This document shows, piece after piece, positions 47,723 to 56,929 of a stretch of 64,000 nt of DNA. The notes below the pieces were generated by a model, which was not told where the DNA came from, did no database searches, and saw nothing but the letters and a program-made list of their open reading frames with translations. Origin of the DNA: Marispirochaeta sp. (lineage in GTDB: Bacteria; Spirochaetota; Spirochaetia; JC444; Marispirochaetaceae); NCBI GenBank assembly GCA_963676835.2, contig CAXXFF010000004.1, forward strand, positions 192,001 through 256,000, written 5' to 3'. Position numbers and translations under genes: made by a program. Position 1 is the stretch's first letter. Every line of letters begins with the position of its first letter.

Positions 47723-48979
47723 ATGTCATTTTTAGAAGCCATAGCATCATTACCGGAAAACGTATTATTTTATTTTAATATTGTACAGAAAAACGGCCCC
47801 ATAACAATCAACGAAATTATTGAACAAACGGACATAAGCCGCGGACGCCTCATGCGAGTATTTAAACAACTAGAGGATGAAGACCTTATCGTCCAGCACG
47901 GTAATGATGAATCCACCGGCGGCAGACGGTCTGTTTTATATGATGTTAATGCTGCAAAGTATTTTTTCGTAGGCTTTTCTATAGGATCTGCCCGGTTTTC
48001 CATTCACATAGTCAACATTAAAGGCGAACATGTTGCCTCACGGACAGGCCCCTTAAGAAGTGATCAAACCCTGACCGATTTCCAGGTAAAAGCAGATGCT
48101 TTAATACAGGAAATGATAAACGAGCATAACATCAGGTTTGAACAGCTGGTCGGGCTTGGCGTAGGTGTGGCCGGTATAGTTAACCGGAAGCAGGGCTTTG
48201 TAATCCGTAGGTACTCCGCCTCCCTCCATTCATCATGGGTAAACTCTCCTCTGGCAAATATCTTTCAATCAAAATTCGGACTGCCGGCCTTGATTGACAC
48301 AAATGTTCTGGGGGAAGCATTAATTGATTATTACTATGGAGAAGGACGCAGTTCCGATTGCCTGCTTGTTGTTTACTGCAGCATGAATATCTCCAGCGCA
48401 TTTATCTCAAGAGGACAAACGTTACGTGAACTGAACGCCTATGATGACGCATTGGCCCATATGACAATTGACATAGACGGACGCACATGTCCAACCTGCG
48501 GCAACTATGGCTGCGTAACAACATACTCATCGGTTACCGCAATACTTGATGAATTCAGACAACAGATAAAGATAGGAGTTCAAACTACCATTCAAAAAGA
48601 TTCTGATGACATCATTATAAATGATATAACCGAGGCTGCAGAGGCGGGCGACACCCTGTCAAAAGTAATAATAACCAAGGCTGCTCATGTATTAGGCTGC
48701 GGCCTGGCAAATTACATCCGCTTGTTAAACCCCGATACAATAATCCTGGCAGGCATGCTGATCGACAACTCAAATCTGTATTACTCTACAGTAATGGAAA
48801 CCACTAAAAAACGCTTAGGTGAGTACAGTACTCATCACGATATCCGCTTTATCTCCGAACAGGCATCCTCTTCAATTCCATACTCCGAAGCCGGAGCCAT
48901 TCTTTATCTTGAAAACGCAATAAATCCTCAGGAAAATCTTATCCCAAGATTCAACTCCAGGACCAGAGACAATACCTGA
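47723..48979 (+). CDS. ROK-family transcriptional regulator
   Basis: wHTH with STGGRR; GVAGIV; AH..CPTCGNYGC; candidate upstream TTGACA-16-TATGAT at 47647-47674. Confidence 0.88.
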   Translation: MSFLEAIASLPENVLFYFNIVQKNGPITINEIIEQTDISRGRLMRVFKQLEDEDLIVQHGNDESTGGRRSVLYDVNAAKYFFVGFSIGSARFSIHIVNIKGEHVASRTGPLRSDQTLTDFQVKADALIQEMINEHNIRFEQLVGLGVGVAGIVNRKQGFVIRRYSASLHSSWVNSPLANIFQSKFGLPALIDTNVLGEALIDYYYGEGRSSDCLLVVYCSMNISSAFISRGQTLRELNAYDDALAHMTIDIDGRTCPTCGNYGCVTTYSSVTAILDEFRQQIKIGVQTTIQKDSDDIIINDITEAAEAGDTLSKVIITKAAHVLGCGLANYIRLLNPDTIILAGMLIDNSNLYYSTVMETTKKRLGEYSTHHDIRFISEQASSSIPYSEAGAILYLENAINPQENLIPRFNSRTRDNT

Positions 48980-50226
48980 TGCAACCCTCACACCCCCCAT
49001 TCCACCTCATGGCCAAACCAATTGGACCTCTCTGCAACATCCGTTGTGAATACTGCTTTTACCTGAGCAAGGAAGAGCTATTCGGCCACGGAAGGCGGTC
49101 AGAATACACAATGACCGACGAGGTGCTTGAGGCATACACAAAAAAATACATAGAAGCTCAGCCGGAAGGGACAACTGCAATCAACTTCGCCTGGCAGGGA
49201 GGCGAGCCCACCCTGCTCCCCACGTCCTTCTATGAAAAAGCCCTGGAATTTCAGGAAAAATATAAACGTCCGGGAATGACAATCAGCAACGCCCTGCAGA
49301 CCAACGGAATTCTGATTGACCGTGAACGGGCTGAGTGGCTGGCTGCCAATAAGTTCCTTGTAGGCGTGAGCGTCGACGGTGACAAAAAACAACAGAACCG
49401 CTTCCGCAAAGACAGGGAAGGAAAGGGTGCTTTTGAAAAAGTAATGGCAGGTATTGAAAATCTCAAAGCCGCCGGAGCAGATTTCAATACCCTCACCGTC
49501 GTGCAGAATGATAATGCCCGGGATCCGGAAAGGGTATATAATTTTTTGAAAAGTATAGGTTCTGAATACCTACAGTTCATTCCTATCGTCGAACCCCTGC
49601 CCGATGGCTCAATCAGCAAACGTTCGGTGACACCCGAACAATGGGGCCGGTTTCTGAATACCGTTTTCGATCTCTGGGCACAGGAAGATATCGGCAAGAT
49701 CTATGTGCAGCATTTTGATCTGTTGCTGGGCCTGCATGCAGGATATCCATCATCGTTATGTGTTCATTCAGAAACCTGCGGGAATGCAATGGCAATAGAA
49801 CATGACGGAGGAATCTACAGCTGCGACCACTTTGTTTTCCCGGAAAATCTCTTGGGAAATATCCTTGAGGGGGATCTTCCCGCCATGCTCACCGGGAAAA
49901 AGCAGCGTGCTTTCGGTAATGGGAAAAGAGATAATCTCCCTGAAGAATGCAGACAATGCCGATGGCTGAAACTCTGTCACGGCGGCTGCCTGAAAGACCG
50001 GCTGGTACCGGCCACCGGCGGTATGCTAAACTATCTATGTACGGGGTATGCGTCATTTTATGAGCATACTGCTCCCTATTTTCAGGCAATGGTTCAATGC
50101 CTCCGGCAGAGGATCTCCCCCGCCGGATTCCGGCAGTTTTTCCTGGTGGAAAAAGATTCCGCTGGAAGAAACGATCCCTGCCCTTGTCTGAGCGGCAAAA
50201 AATACAAGCAGTGTCACGGCAAGTAA
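48979..50226 (+). CDS. Anaerobic sulfatase-maturating radical SAM/SPASM enzyme (anSME) with C-terminal SEC-C motif
   Basis: CNIRCEYC, WQGGEPTL, QTNG, QFIPIVE, SPASM cysteines (YSCDH, CRQC..CHGGC), GRNDPCPCLSGKKYKQCHG; start overlaps the ROK stop (TGATG). Confidence 0.95.
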   Translation: MQPSHPPFHLMAKPIGPLCNIRCEYCFYLSKEELFGHGRRSEYTMTDEVLEAYTKKYIEAQPEGTTAINFAWQGGEPTLLPTSFYEKALEFQEKYKRPGMTISNALQTNGILIDRERAEWLAANKFLVGVSVDGDKKQQNRFRKDREGKGAFEKVMAGIENLKAAGADFNTLTVVQNDNARDPERVYNFLKSIGSEYLQFIPIVEPLPDGSISKRSVTPEQWGRFLNTVFDLWAQEDIGKIYVQHFDLLLGLHAGYPSSLCVHSETCGNAMAIEHDGGIYSCDHFVFPENLLGNILEGDLPAMLTGKKQRAFGNGKRDNLPEECRQCRWLKLCHGGCLKDRLVPATGGMLNYLCTGYASFYEHTAPYFQAMVQCLRQRISPAGFRQFFLVEKDSAGRNDPCPCLSGKKYKQCHGK

Positions 50227-50280
50227 TCTGAAATCGACAATGTTATTCAGGTAGCCCAACCCGCTGATAAGGATAAAATT

Positions 50281-51063
50281 ATGGATGTACTTTACATGCT
50301 GGTCAGCTTCTTCTCCTCAATTGTCGGCGCAATAAGCGGCATCGGCGGCGGTGTTATCATAAAACCAGTGCTGGACAGCATCAGCCCCTTCAGTGTTGCT
50401 ACCATCAGCTTTCTTTCGGGCAACACCGTTCTTGCAATGTCTGTAGCAACCCTTATCCGCAGTAGAAAAAGTGCTGTATCCATTAACAAACGGACAAGTT
50501 CGCTCATGGCCTTCGGCGGCATCCTGGGCGGAATCGGCGGAAAGTATATTTTCGATCTTGTTCGTAAAGGCTTCGGTAACGACAGCATTATAGGTATTTC
50601 CCAGTCCTCCATGCTGATTCTTCTTTGTATCGGGGTAATCATCTTTACACTCTATAAAAAAAGAATCACCCCCCTCCATCAGAACGGAAGCATTTTCAGC
50701 ATCGCCATCGGAATTCTTCTTGGAGGAATTGCCTCCTTCCTCGGAATCGGCGGAGGCCCGATTAACCTTGCGGTCCTTTATCTCTTCTTCTCCATGGAAG
50801 CAAAGACAGCAGCCCTCAATTCAATCTTCATAATCTTCTTCTCTCAACTCGCCAATCTGCTGTTCTCCATTGCAGGCGATAAAATTCCCGATTTTAACCC
50901 GGTGATACTCTTACTGATGATCGGAGGCGGAATTATCGGGGGAATAACCGGGGCACATATTTCCCATCGAATGAATCACAATCAGGTGGATAAGCTTTTT
51001 ATTGTTGTGCTTTCAGGGATCATCCTACTATGTGGATACAATCTGTTCGGGTGGATTTTATAG
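50281..51063 (+). CDS. TauE/SafE (TSUP) family exporter
   Basis: Two repeats GIGGGVIIKP and LGIGGGP; about 8 TM. Confidence 0.9.
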   Translation: MDVLYMLVSFFSSIVGAISGIGGGVIIKPVLDSISPFSVATISFLSGNTVLAMSVATLIRSRKSAVSINKRTSSLMAFGGILGGIGGKYIFDLVRKGFGNDSIIGISQSSMLILLCIGVIIFTLYKKRITPLHQNGSIFSIAIGILLGGIASFLGIGGGPINLAVLYLFFSMEAKTAALNSIFIIFFSQLANLLFSIAGDKIPDFNPVILLLMIGGGIIGGITGAHISHRMNHNQVDKLFIVVLSGIILLCGYNLFGWIL

Positions 51064-51120
51064 ACCCTTCCCCTCATTTCTGAAAAATTTCTCCTTTTCC
51101 GCTATAGCATTTTCTGATAA

Positions 51121-51134
51121 TATTGTATGCAATA
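51121..51134. promoter_or_regulatory. Possible GntR-family operator upstream of larA-like gene 1
   Basis: Near-palindrome TATTGTATGCAATA. Confidence 0.4.
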
Positions 51135-51169
51135 CTGTTCTGGTAATATGCAGAAACGAGAGGCGTATA

Positions 51170-52447
51170 ATGTCAAAACTGAACGAAATGCTCGACGATT
51201 ACAAAATTCCCGCTGTGGCAAAGGTCAAACAGATTTTTGACAGTACCCATCTTGAAAACCCGGAAGAAAAATTAACCTCCCTGCTGCATGAGAAAAACCT
51301 TCCAATAAAGCAAGGCGACCGTATTGCCATTACCGGTGGCAGCCGCGGAATTGCCGGGTACGAACGCATCATGCGCACAGCAGTAGAATACGTAAAAGAG
51401 CGGGGCGGTATCCCCTTTATAGTACCCGCAATGGGAAGCCACGGCGGCGGGACAGCAGAAGGCCAGGTGGCAATGCTGAAGGAACTGGGAATAACAGAAG
51501 AAAGTGCGGGCGCGCCGATTGTGGCTAGCATGGACGTTGTTGAAATTGCCACAACAGACCTGGGCCTGCCGGTATATATTGACAAACACGCCTATGAGGC
51601 AGACGGCATCCTCCTCCTGAACCGGGTAAAGACTCATACCTCGATACGGGAAGAATACCAGAGCGGCCTGGTTAAAATGCTCGCCATAGGTCTTGCAAAA
51701 CACAAAGGCTGCGCCATGACTCACAGCCTGGGAACCCCGTTTCTCGGCAAGAATATGGTGCGTGTCGGCCTGACGGCGCTGAAACACCTGAAGATCGTCG
51801 GAGGTATTTCAGTAATAGAAAACGGCTACGAACAACTGGCAGATGTATATGTTTCCCTCCAGGAGGAGATAGCGGCAACCGAACCTGATATTCTAAAAAG
51901 AGCCACCGCCATGGTTCCCCGCATCTACCTGGACCAGATAGATGCACTGATTGTATTCGAACAGGGCAAGGAGATAGCCGGAACCGGCATGGATCCCGCC
52001 ATTGTCGGACGCCCCATTAATCGTCTGCCGAATATCGGACCGGAGGTGGAAGCTCTCGGAATATTGAGAGTAACCAGCCACTCCCGGGGCAATGCCGCAG
52101 GCTGCGGCATGGGCGACTTTATTTCCAGAAAGTTACGGAACAGCATTAACGAAGAAGCTACCATTGTTAATTCGCTTACAGGGATGAAGCCTTTTCTTGC
52201 CAATATTCCGCCGACAATGGAAACCGATGAGCTTGTCTTTAAAGCCTGCGTTAAGGCTGCCGGTCAGATAAAGACAGAAGATTTAAAGCTGGTAATTATC
52301 CGCAACTCCCGCTGTCTGGATGAGATTTACCTTTCCAAAGCGGCATTGGAAGCAGTATCATCCCCGGAACTGGTGGAGCAGGTTTCGGATTTTGAGGAAG
52401 TGGTTTTTACCCGGGACGGATTACTGGATCTGTTTGAAGAGGCTTAG
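51170..52447 (+). CDS. LarA-superfamily (DUF2088/DUF362-like) putative nickel-pincer racemase/epimerase 1
   Basis: GSRGI, PAMGSHGG, RVKTH, SGLVKM..H, GKEIAGTGMD. Confidence 0.8.
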   Translation: MSKLNEMLDDYKIPAVAKVKQIFDSTHLENPEEKLTSLLHEKNLPIKQGDRIAITGGSRGIAGYERIMRTAVEYVKERGGIPFIVPAMGSHGGGTAEGQVAMLKELGITEESAGAPIVASMDVVEIATTDLGLPVYIDKHAYEADGILLLNRVKTHTSIREEYQSGLVKMLAIGLAKHKGCAMTHSLGTPFLGKNMVRVGLTALKHLKIVGGISVIENGYEQLADVYVSLQEEIAATEPDILKRATAMVPRIYLDQIDALIVFEQGKEIAGTGMDPAIVGRPINRLPNIGPEVEALGILRVTSHSRGNAAGCGMGDFISRKLRNSINEEATIVNSLTGMKPFLANIPPTMETDELVFKACVKAAGQIKTEDLKLVIIRNSRCLDEIYLSKAALEAVSSPELVEQVSDFEEVVFTRDGLLDLFEEA

Positions 52448-52655
52448 AATTTGAAGATCCTTCCAGATTATTGGAAGATGGTTTCTGATCTTCAACCGCA
52501 GACAGTCCGGAACTTTATTTTATAAAACCATATCACCGGAAAGTATATCCTGATCAGCAACTGGACAGGAATGCAATTAATTTTCAGTAATTACAAGAAG
52601 CCTCCACTGATACAAAATCAGATGGAGGTTCCGAAATTTTGTTAGCGAAAAGCAG

Positions 52656-54155
52656 CTAATCAACAACCACTTTTTTCTGTTTGTATTCCCTATAGTTATT
52701 TCGTATCGCAAGGATTAAAGAAATTAATGCCACAGAAAGAAATACTATAGAAATTGGCTTGTGCAGGAAAGGCATGTAACTTCCGTTACTTAGCTGCAAG
52801 CCTCGTCGCAGATTTACTTCTGCAATTGGGCCAAGAATAAAACCCAAAACTACCGGAGGGAGAGGGAAACCAAGCTTCATCATACCGTATCCAACCAATC
52901 CAAAAACGATCAGACAGACAACATCGAACATCCGGTTATTAGCCGCATAGGCACCGACTACACATAAAACCATTATAATGGGAAATAGAATATGCTTAGG
53001 AATAGACAGGAGCCTGACGAATCCACGCATTCCAAAGAATTCCAAAACAATCATGGCAAAATTAGCTACAATCAAGGCCGCAAAAATACTGTAGACAATT
53101 GGCCCATTTGTTGTAAACAGCAGAGGCCCTGGCCTTATTCCATGAATCATGAGACCACCAAGAAGCATAGCTGTTACTGTATCCCCCGGGATCCCGAGTG
53201 TTAAAAGTGGGACAAGGGCACCACCAACCGATGCATTATTTGCTGACTCGGATGCAACAATACCATCCATAATTCCTGTACCAAATTTTTCAGGATGTTT
53301 TGACTGGTTCTTGGCAGTTATGTAGGCGATAATATTTGAGGTTGACCCGCCTATGCCGGGAAGGATTCCAATTCCCGTTCCAATTACACTTGATCGGAAT
53401 AAATTAAGAAGTTGCTGCAAGAACTCTTTCAGACTGAAACCAAAACCTTTAATTTTATAATCGGCGATTTCATCTTTAGATACACCAGCACCTCTCGATT
53501 CTGATGTTTTTATTATTTCCCCCACGGCATAAAGACCAATAAGAAGGGTGAGAAGACCAAACCCACCGTCAAGCGCATGAAAGCCAAAGGTAAAGCGTGG
53601 ATATCCATCCAGCGGAGCTACTCCTACAAGAGACAAACCTATTCCCATGCCACCCGCGATAAGCCCTTTGATCAGTGACCCCTGGGAAAGGCTGGCAATC
53701 ATTGTGAGGGCAAAGACTGCAATTGAAAAATAATCATACGAAGAGAATTTGAGTGCTATCCGTGCCAGAGGAGGCGAAATAAACATAAGAATAAAAATAC
53801 TGAACAGTCCGCCAAGGAATGAATACACAATGCCGATTCCAAGAGCTTTTCCAGCTTCACCCCTCGCAGCCATTGGATGGCCATCAAATGTAGTTGCGAT
53901 TGATGCTGGAGTCCCTGGAATTTTTAATAAAATAGCCGTGATAAGACCACCTGAGATTCCACCAATATATAACCCGATTAAGAGAGAAACCCCATTTACC
54001 GGTTGCAATCCGAAAGTGATTGGCAAACAGAGTGCGACCGCCATAGTTGCAGTCATTCCTGGAATGGCACCAAAAATAATACCTACAGAAACACCTATAG
54101 TGATAAAGAGTATTGTCTTGATGTTCAAGACTGCTAATAGTCCGGTTAATAACAT
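52656..54155 (-). CDS. tctA: TTT large permease (TTT3)
   Basis: KIPGTPAS..FDGHPMA, SESANNA, LGIPGD. Confidence 0.93.
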   Translation of the reverse strand: MLLTGLLAVLNIKTILFITIGVSVGIIFGAIPGMTATMAVALCLPITFGLQPVNGVSLLIGLYIGGISGGLITAILLKIPGTPASIATTFDGHPMAARGEAGKALGIGIVYSFLGGLFSIFILMFISPPLARIALKFSSYDYFSIAVFALTMIASLSQGSLIKGLIAGGMGIGLSLVGVAPLDGYPRFTFGFHALDGGFGLLTLLIGLYAVGEIIKTSESRGAGVSKDEIADYKIKGFGFSLKEFLQQLLNLFRSSVIGTGIGILPGIGGSTSNIIAYITAKNQSKHPEKFGTGIMDGIVASESANNASVGGALVPLLTLGIPGDTVTAMLLGGLMIHGIRPGPLLFTTNGPIVYSIFAALIVANFAMIVLEFFGMRGFVRLLSIPKHILFPIIMVLCVVGAYAANNRMFDVVCLIVFGLVGYGMMKLGFPLPPVVLGFILGPIAEVNLRRGLQLSNGSYMPFLHKPISIVFLSVALISLILAIRNNYREYKQKKVVVD

Positions 54156-54168
54156 AATTTATTTCTCC

Positions 54169-54651
54169 CTATCCCAGGATTCCCGAAGGAAGCATTAAGC
54201 TGAAAACATTTACAAAAAGAACGTACACAATTGCAGGTATTACCAGAGAAAGGATTACAAATAACGGTATTTTCCGCTGTCCATCCGGTGCGAGAATAAA
54301 CATCTGTCCGAACAGAAACAGAGCCGATACCAGAATAAACCCCACAGGGACAAGCAGTGCAACATAAGCAATAAGGAGAAGGACGGTCAGCAGTAGAGTT
54401 CTTACATCAAAACTCGGCGCAGAAGCATTCTCTCCAGTGTGGACAGATCCTTTAAGAAAATGATTTACAACTGTTGTCACGAGCATAATGGTACTTAGAC
54501 CAATTATGTAAATGCCAACTGCTCTGGGTAAATAATCCGGTCCAACACCTGCAAGATTAACTTTTCCAATTGTAAAGGAGACAATAAATATGAAAAGTCC
54601 AAATAATAAAGCAAAAACCCCTGCAAAGAGGTCTCGTTTAAAATGCGCCAT
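54169..54651 (-). CDS. tctB: TTT small permease (TTT3)
   Basis: VGPDYLP, VGFILVS, LPSG. Confidence 0.85.
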   Translation of the reverse strand: MAHFKRDLFAGVFALLFGLFIFIVSFTIGKVNLAGVGPDYLPRAVGIYIIGLSTIMLVTTVVNHFLKGSVHTGENASAPSFDVRTLLLTVLLLIAYVALLVPVGFILVSALFLFGQMFILAPDGQRKIPLFVILSLVIPAIVYVLFVNVFSLMLPSGILG

Positions 54652-54715
54652 TTTATTTCCTCAAATGTGATGATAGTTTGCCGCTGCACAAAGAATATAT
54701 GCAGCGGCAAGAATA

Positions 54716-55708
54716 TTAATGTACTTCCAGAAGATCCTTATATTTCATAATAGTATCTCTCTGGGTGTTCATCTCTTTCAGGCCTTCAGCGCCTGGAACA
54801 AAATAGGGTTTCTGAAAGTAGGCCTTCTGAATCTCATCCTGATAGTCTTCCATTTCAGACACTTGTTTTACAGCAGCTGTCCATTTCTCTACTATGTCTG
54901 AAGGGGTTCCTTTGGGGAATGCAAAGAAATACAGCTGATCCAGTGTTGCATCAGCAAATCCAAGCTCTGCAACTGTCGGAACATCTGGCAATTCAGCAAC
55001 TTTTGTAGAACCAAGAGTAGCCAACGCTTTAACATCACCGCTGTCAATGTAGTCTTTCATCATACCAAAAGCGTTGGGAATGATATCAACATGACCACCC
55101 ATTACAGCCGCAAGCCTGTCAGAACCACCACCAAAATCCGCGATATTAAACTTTGCTCCACCTGCATTCAAAGTAACTCCCGCCAGGTAGGTTGTTGCTC
55201 CGGTATTTCCTGCAAAGGTGATAGAATTGGGATTGGCTTTTGACGCTGCCACTATTTCTTCAAATGTATTGTAAGGCGAGTCTTTGCTCACATACAGAAG
55301 AGTACCGGGGCTTTTTGCACCGATGCACGCAAAATCATAATCATTCAGGCTTTTATCCCAAATTCCCGCTGCTTCACTTACCAGCATCGCTGAATGGTGC
55401 CAGAGAACTGTGTATCCGTCAGCATCAGCATCCAGCACACGGCGTGCACCAATAGTTCCACCTGATCCGGTTACATTGGTTACAACTACAGGAACACCAA
55501 GGATATCAGTCATGTATTTAGCGTATACACGAGCATTAAAATCGGTATCTCCACCAGGATTATAAGGGGCCACAATCTGGATTGACTTTGCAGGCCAGGC
55601 TTTTGCTTCTCCACCTTCTTTTGAACCTTCAGCCCAGCTGGAAACAACAAGACCAAATCCCACAATTAGAATTGTTAAAATTGAAACAACACGTCGAGTT
55701 TTAGTCAT
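54716..55708 (-). CDS. tctC: TTT substrate-binding protein (TTT3)
   Basis: WPAKSIQIVAPYNPGGDTD, ADGYT, PDVPTVAELG. Confidence 0.92.
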   Translation of the reverse strand: MTKTRRVVSILTILIVGFGLVVSSWAEGSKEGGEAKAWPAKSIQIVAPYNPGGDTDFNARVYAKYMTDILGVPVVVTNVTGSGGTIGARRVLDADADGYTVLWHHSAMLVSEAAGIWDKSLNDYDFACIGAKSPGTLLYVSKDSPYNTFEEIVAASKANPNSITFAGNTGATTYLAGVTLNAGGAKFNIADFGGGSDRLAAVMGGHVDIIPNAFGMMKDYIDSGDVKALATLGSTKVAELPDVPTVAELGFADATLDQLYFFAFPKGTPSDIVEKWTAAVKQVSEMEDYQDEIQKAYFQKPYFVPGAEGLKEMNTQRDTIMKYKDLLEVH

Positions 55709-55758
55709 CTTAAACTCTCCTTTTATTTTTTCTACCCGTCTACGCAGATAGTAATCAC

Positions 55759-56712
55759 CTATAAATTATTGACCTTCCAGGCAGGCTCACGCCCTTCAAG
55801 GACTCCGATAATCCCCATGGCTGCATGGATTCCCATTCTATCCATCGCCTCATAGGTAAGCGCAGCATTATGAGGGCTGACGAGAACATTCTCTAGTTCG
55901 AAGAGTTTATTGCCGGATGATGCAGGTTCTTCCTGGAAGACATCCAGACCTGCACCGCGAATAGTCCCATCAACAAGAGCCTCGTACAAATCTTTCTCAT
56001 TAAGAACATCACCACGGGCGCAGTTAATAAGAATTGCTGTATTTTTCATTAGGGAGATGTTTTTTTTAGAGACCAGATTCCGTGTTTCCGGTGTGGACGG
56101 TACATGCAAAGAGATAAAATCTGCCTCACGGAATACCTCTTCCACGGTTTCCCGGACATCAATATTATCCGGAATCTGGTCCCGGGAAGCATAGGCATCG
56201 TACCCTATAACCTCCATTCCCAATCCGTTACTTGCTTTTCTGGCAACACTGCGCCCAATATAGCCAAGACCTATCAACCCGAGAATTTTTCCCTGGACCT
56301 CTATGCTTTGGGTAATATTTCTGGATTCCCAATTCCCTTTACGCGTCTGGAAATCCTGAAATACAAGATTTTTTGCACATCCCAAAAGCAGACTTATTGC
56401 ATGTTCCGCAACAGAATTTGAGTTCGCTATAGGCGCATTGGTAACCTGTATGCCCAGCTCGGTAGCGCTTTCTATATCTATGTTGTCAATACCTGCCCCA
56501 AATCTTGAAATCACTTTTAGTTTTTTACCGCTTTCCATAATTCGTCGGCTGTAACGGGCAGTCCTCACCAGCAGTGCATCACAGTCTTCAACCTCTTTGC
56601 AGATAGTATCCTCATCCGATGCAGAACCGATTACAACTTCATACCCTCTCTCCTGCAGGTATTCTTTCCCGCCAGATGTAATATCCTGAGGTACCAGGAC
56701 TTTAAAGCTCAT
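55759..56712 (-). CDS. D-isomer-specific 2-hydroxyacid dehydrogenase (SerA-like, no ACT domain)
   Basis: GAGIDNID, SVAEH, GLGYIG, INCARG, LDVFQEEP, SPHNA. Confidence 0.9.
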   Translation of the reverse strand: MSFKVLVPQDITSGGKEYLQERGYEVVIGSASDEDTICKEVEDCDALLVRTARYSRRIMESGKKLKVISRFGAGIDNIDIESATELGIQVTNAPIANSNSVAEHAISLLLGCAKNLVFQDFQTRKGNWESRNITQSIEVQGKILGLIGLGYIGRSVARKASNGLGMEVIGYDAYASRDQIPDNIDVRETVEEVFREADFISLHVPSTPETRNLVSKKNISLMKNTAILINCARGDVLNEKDLYEALVDGTIRGAGLDVFQEEPASSGNKLFELENVLVSPHNAALTYEAMDRMGIHAAMGIIGVLEGREPAWKVNNL

Positions 56713-56757
56713 GTTTTACTCCATGTATTTGGTCTCAATTTCTCGCGACTCTATCAA

Positions 56758-56773
56758 TGCAAAAGGTGTGCCA
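56758..56773 (-). promoter_or_regulatory. sigma54 (-24/-12) promoter of the dehydrogenase-tctCBA operon
   Basis: Minus strand TGGCACACCTTTTGCA (TGGCAC-N5-TTGCA). Confidence 0.85.
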
Positions 56774-56929
56774 AAGACAAAAATCAGGTTCAAGTATTTA
56801 TTAACTTAATCTTTCAAAAGGAATTAGCTGAAAATTCAGAATTCATGATTACAAGGAAAGTTCATTACTAACATTTCAATAGTGAATTACACTTTGCACA
56901 TTGTAATTCATTCAGCCATACGATAGAGT

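Noticed and set aside
50161..50226. SEC-C motif fused to anSME as a novel fusion
   Set aside because: This C-terminal motif is commonly found on anaerobic sulfatase maturases
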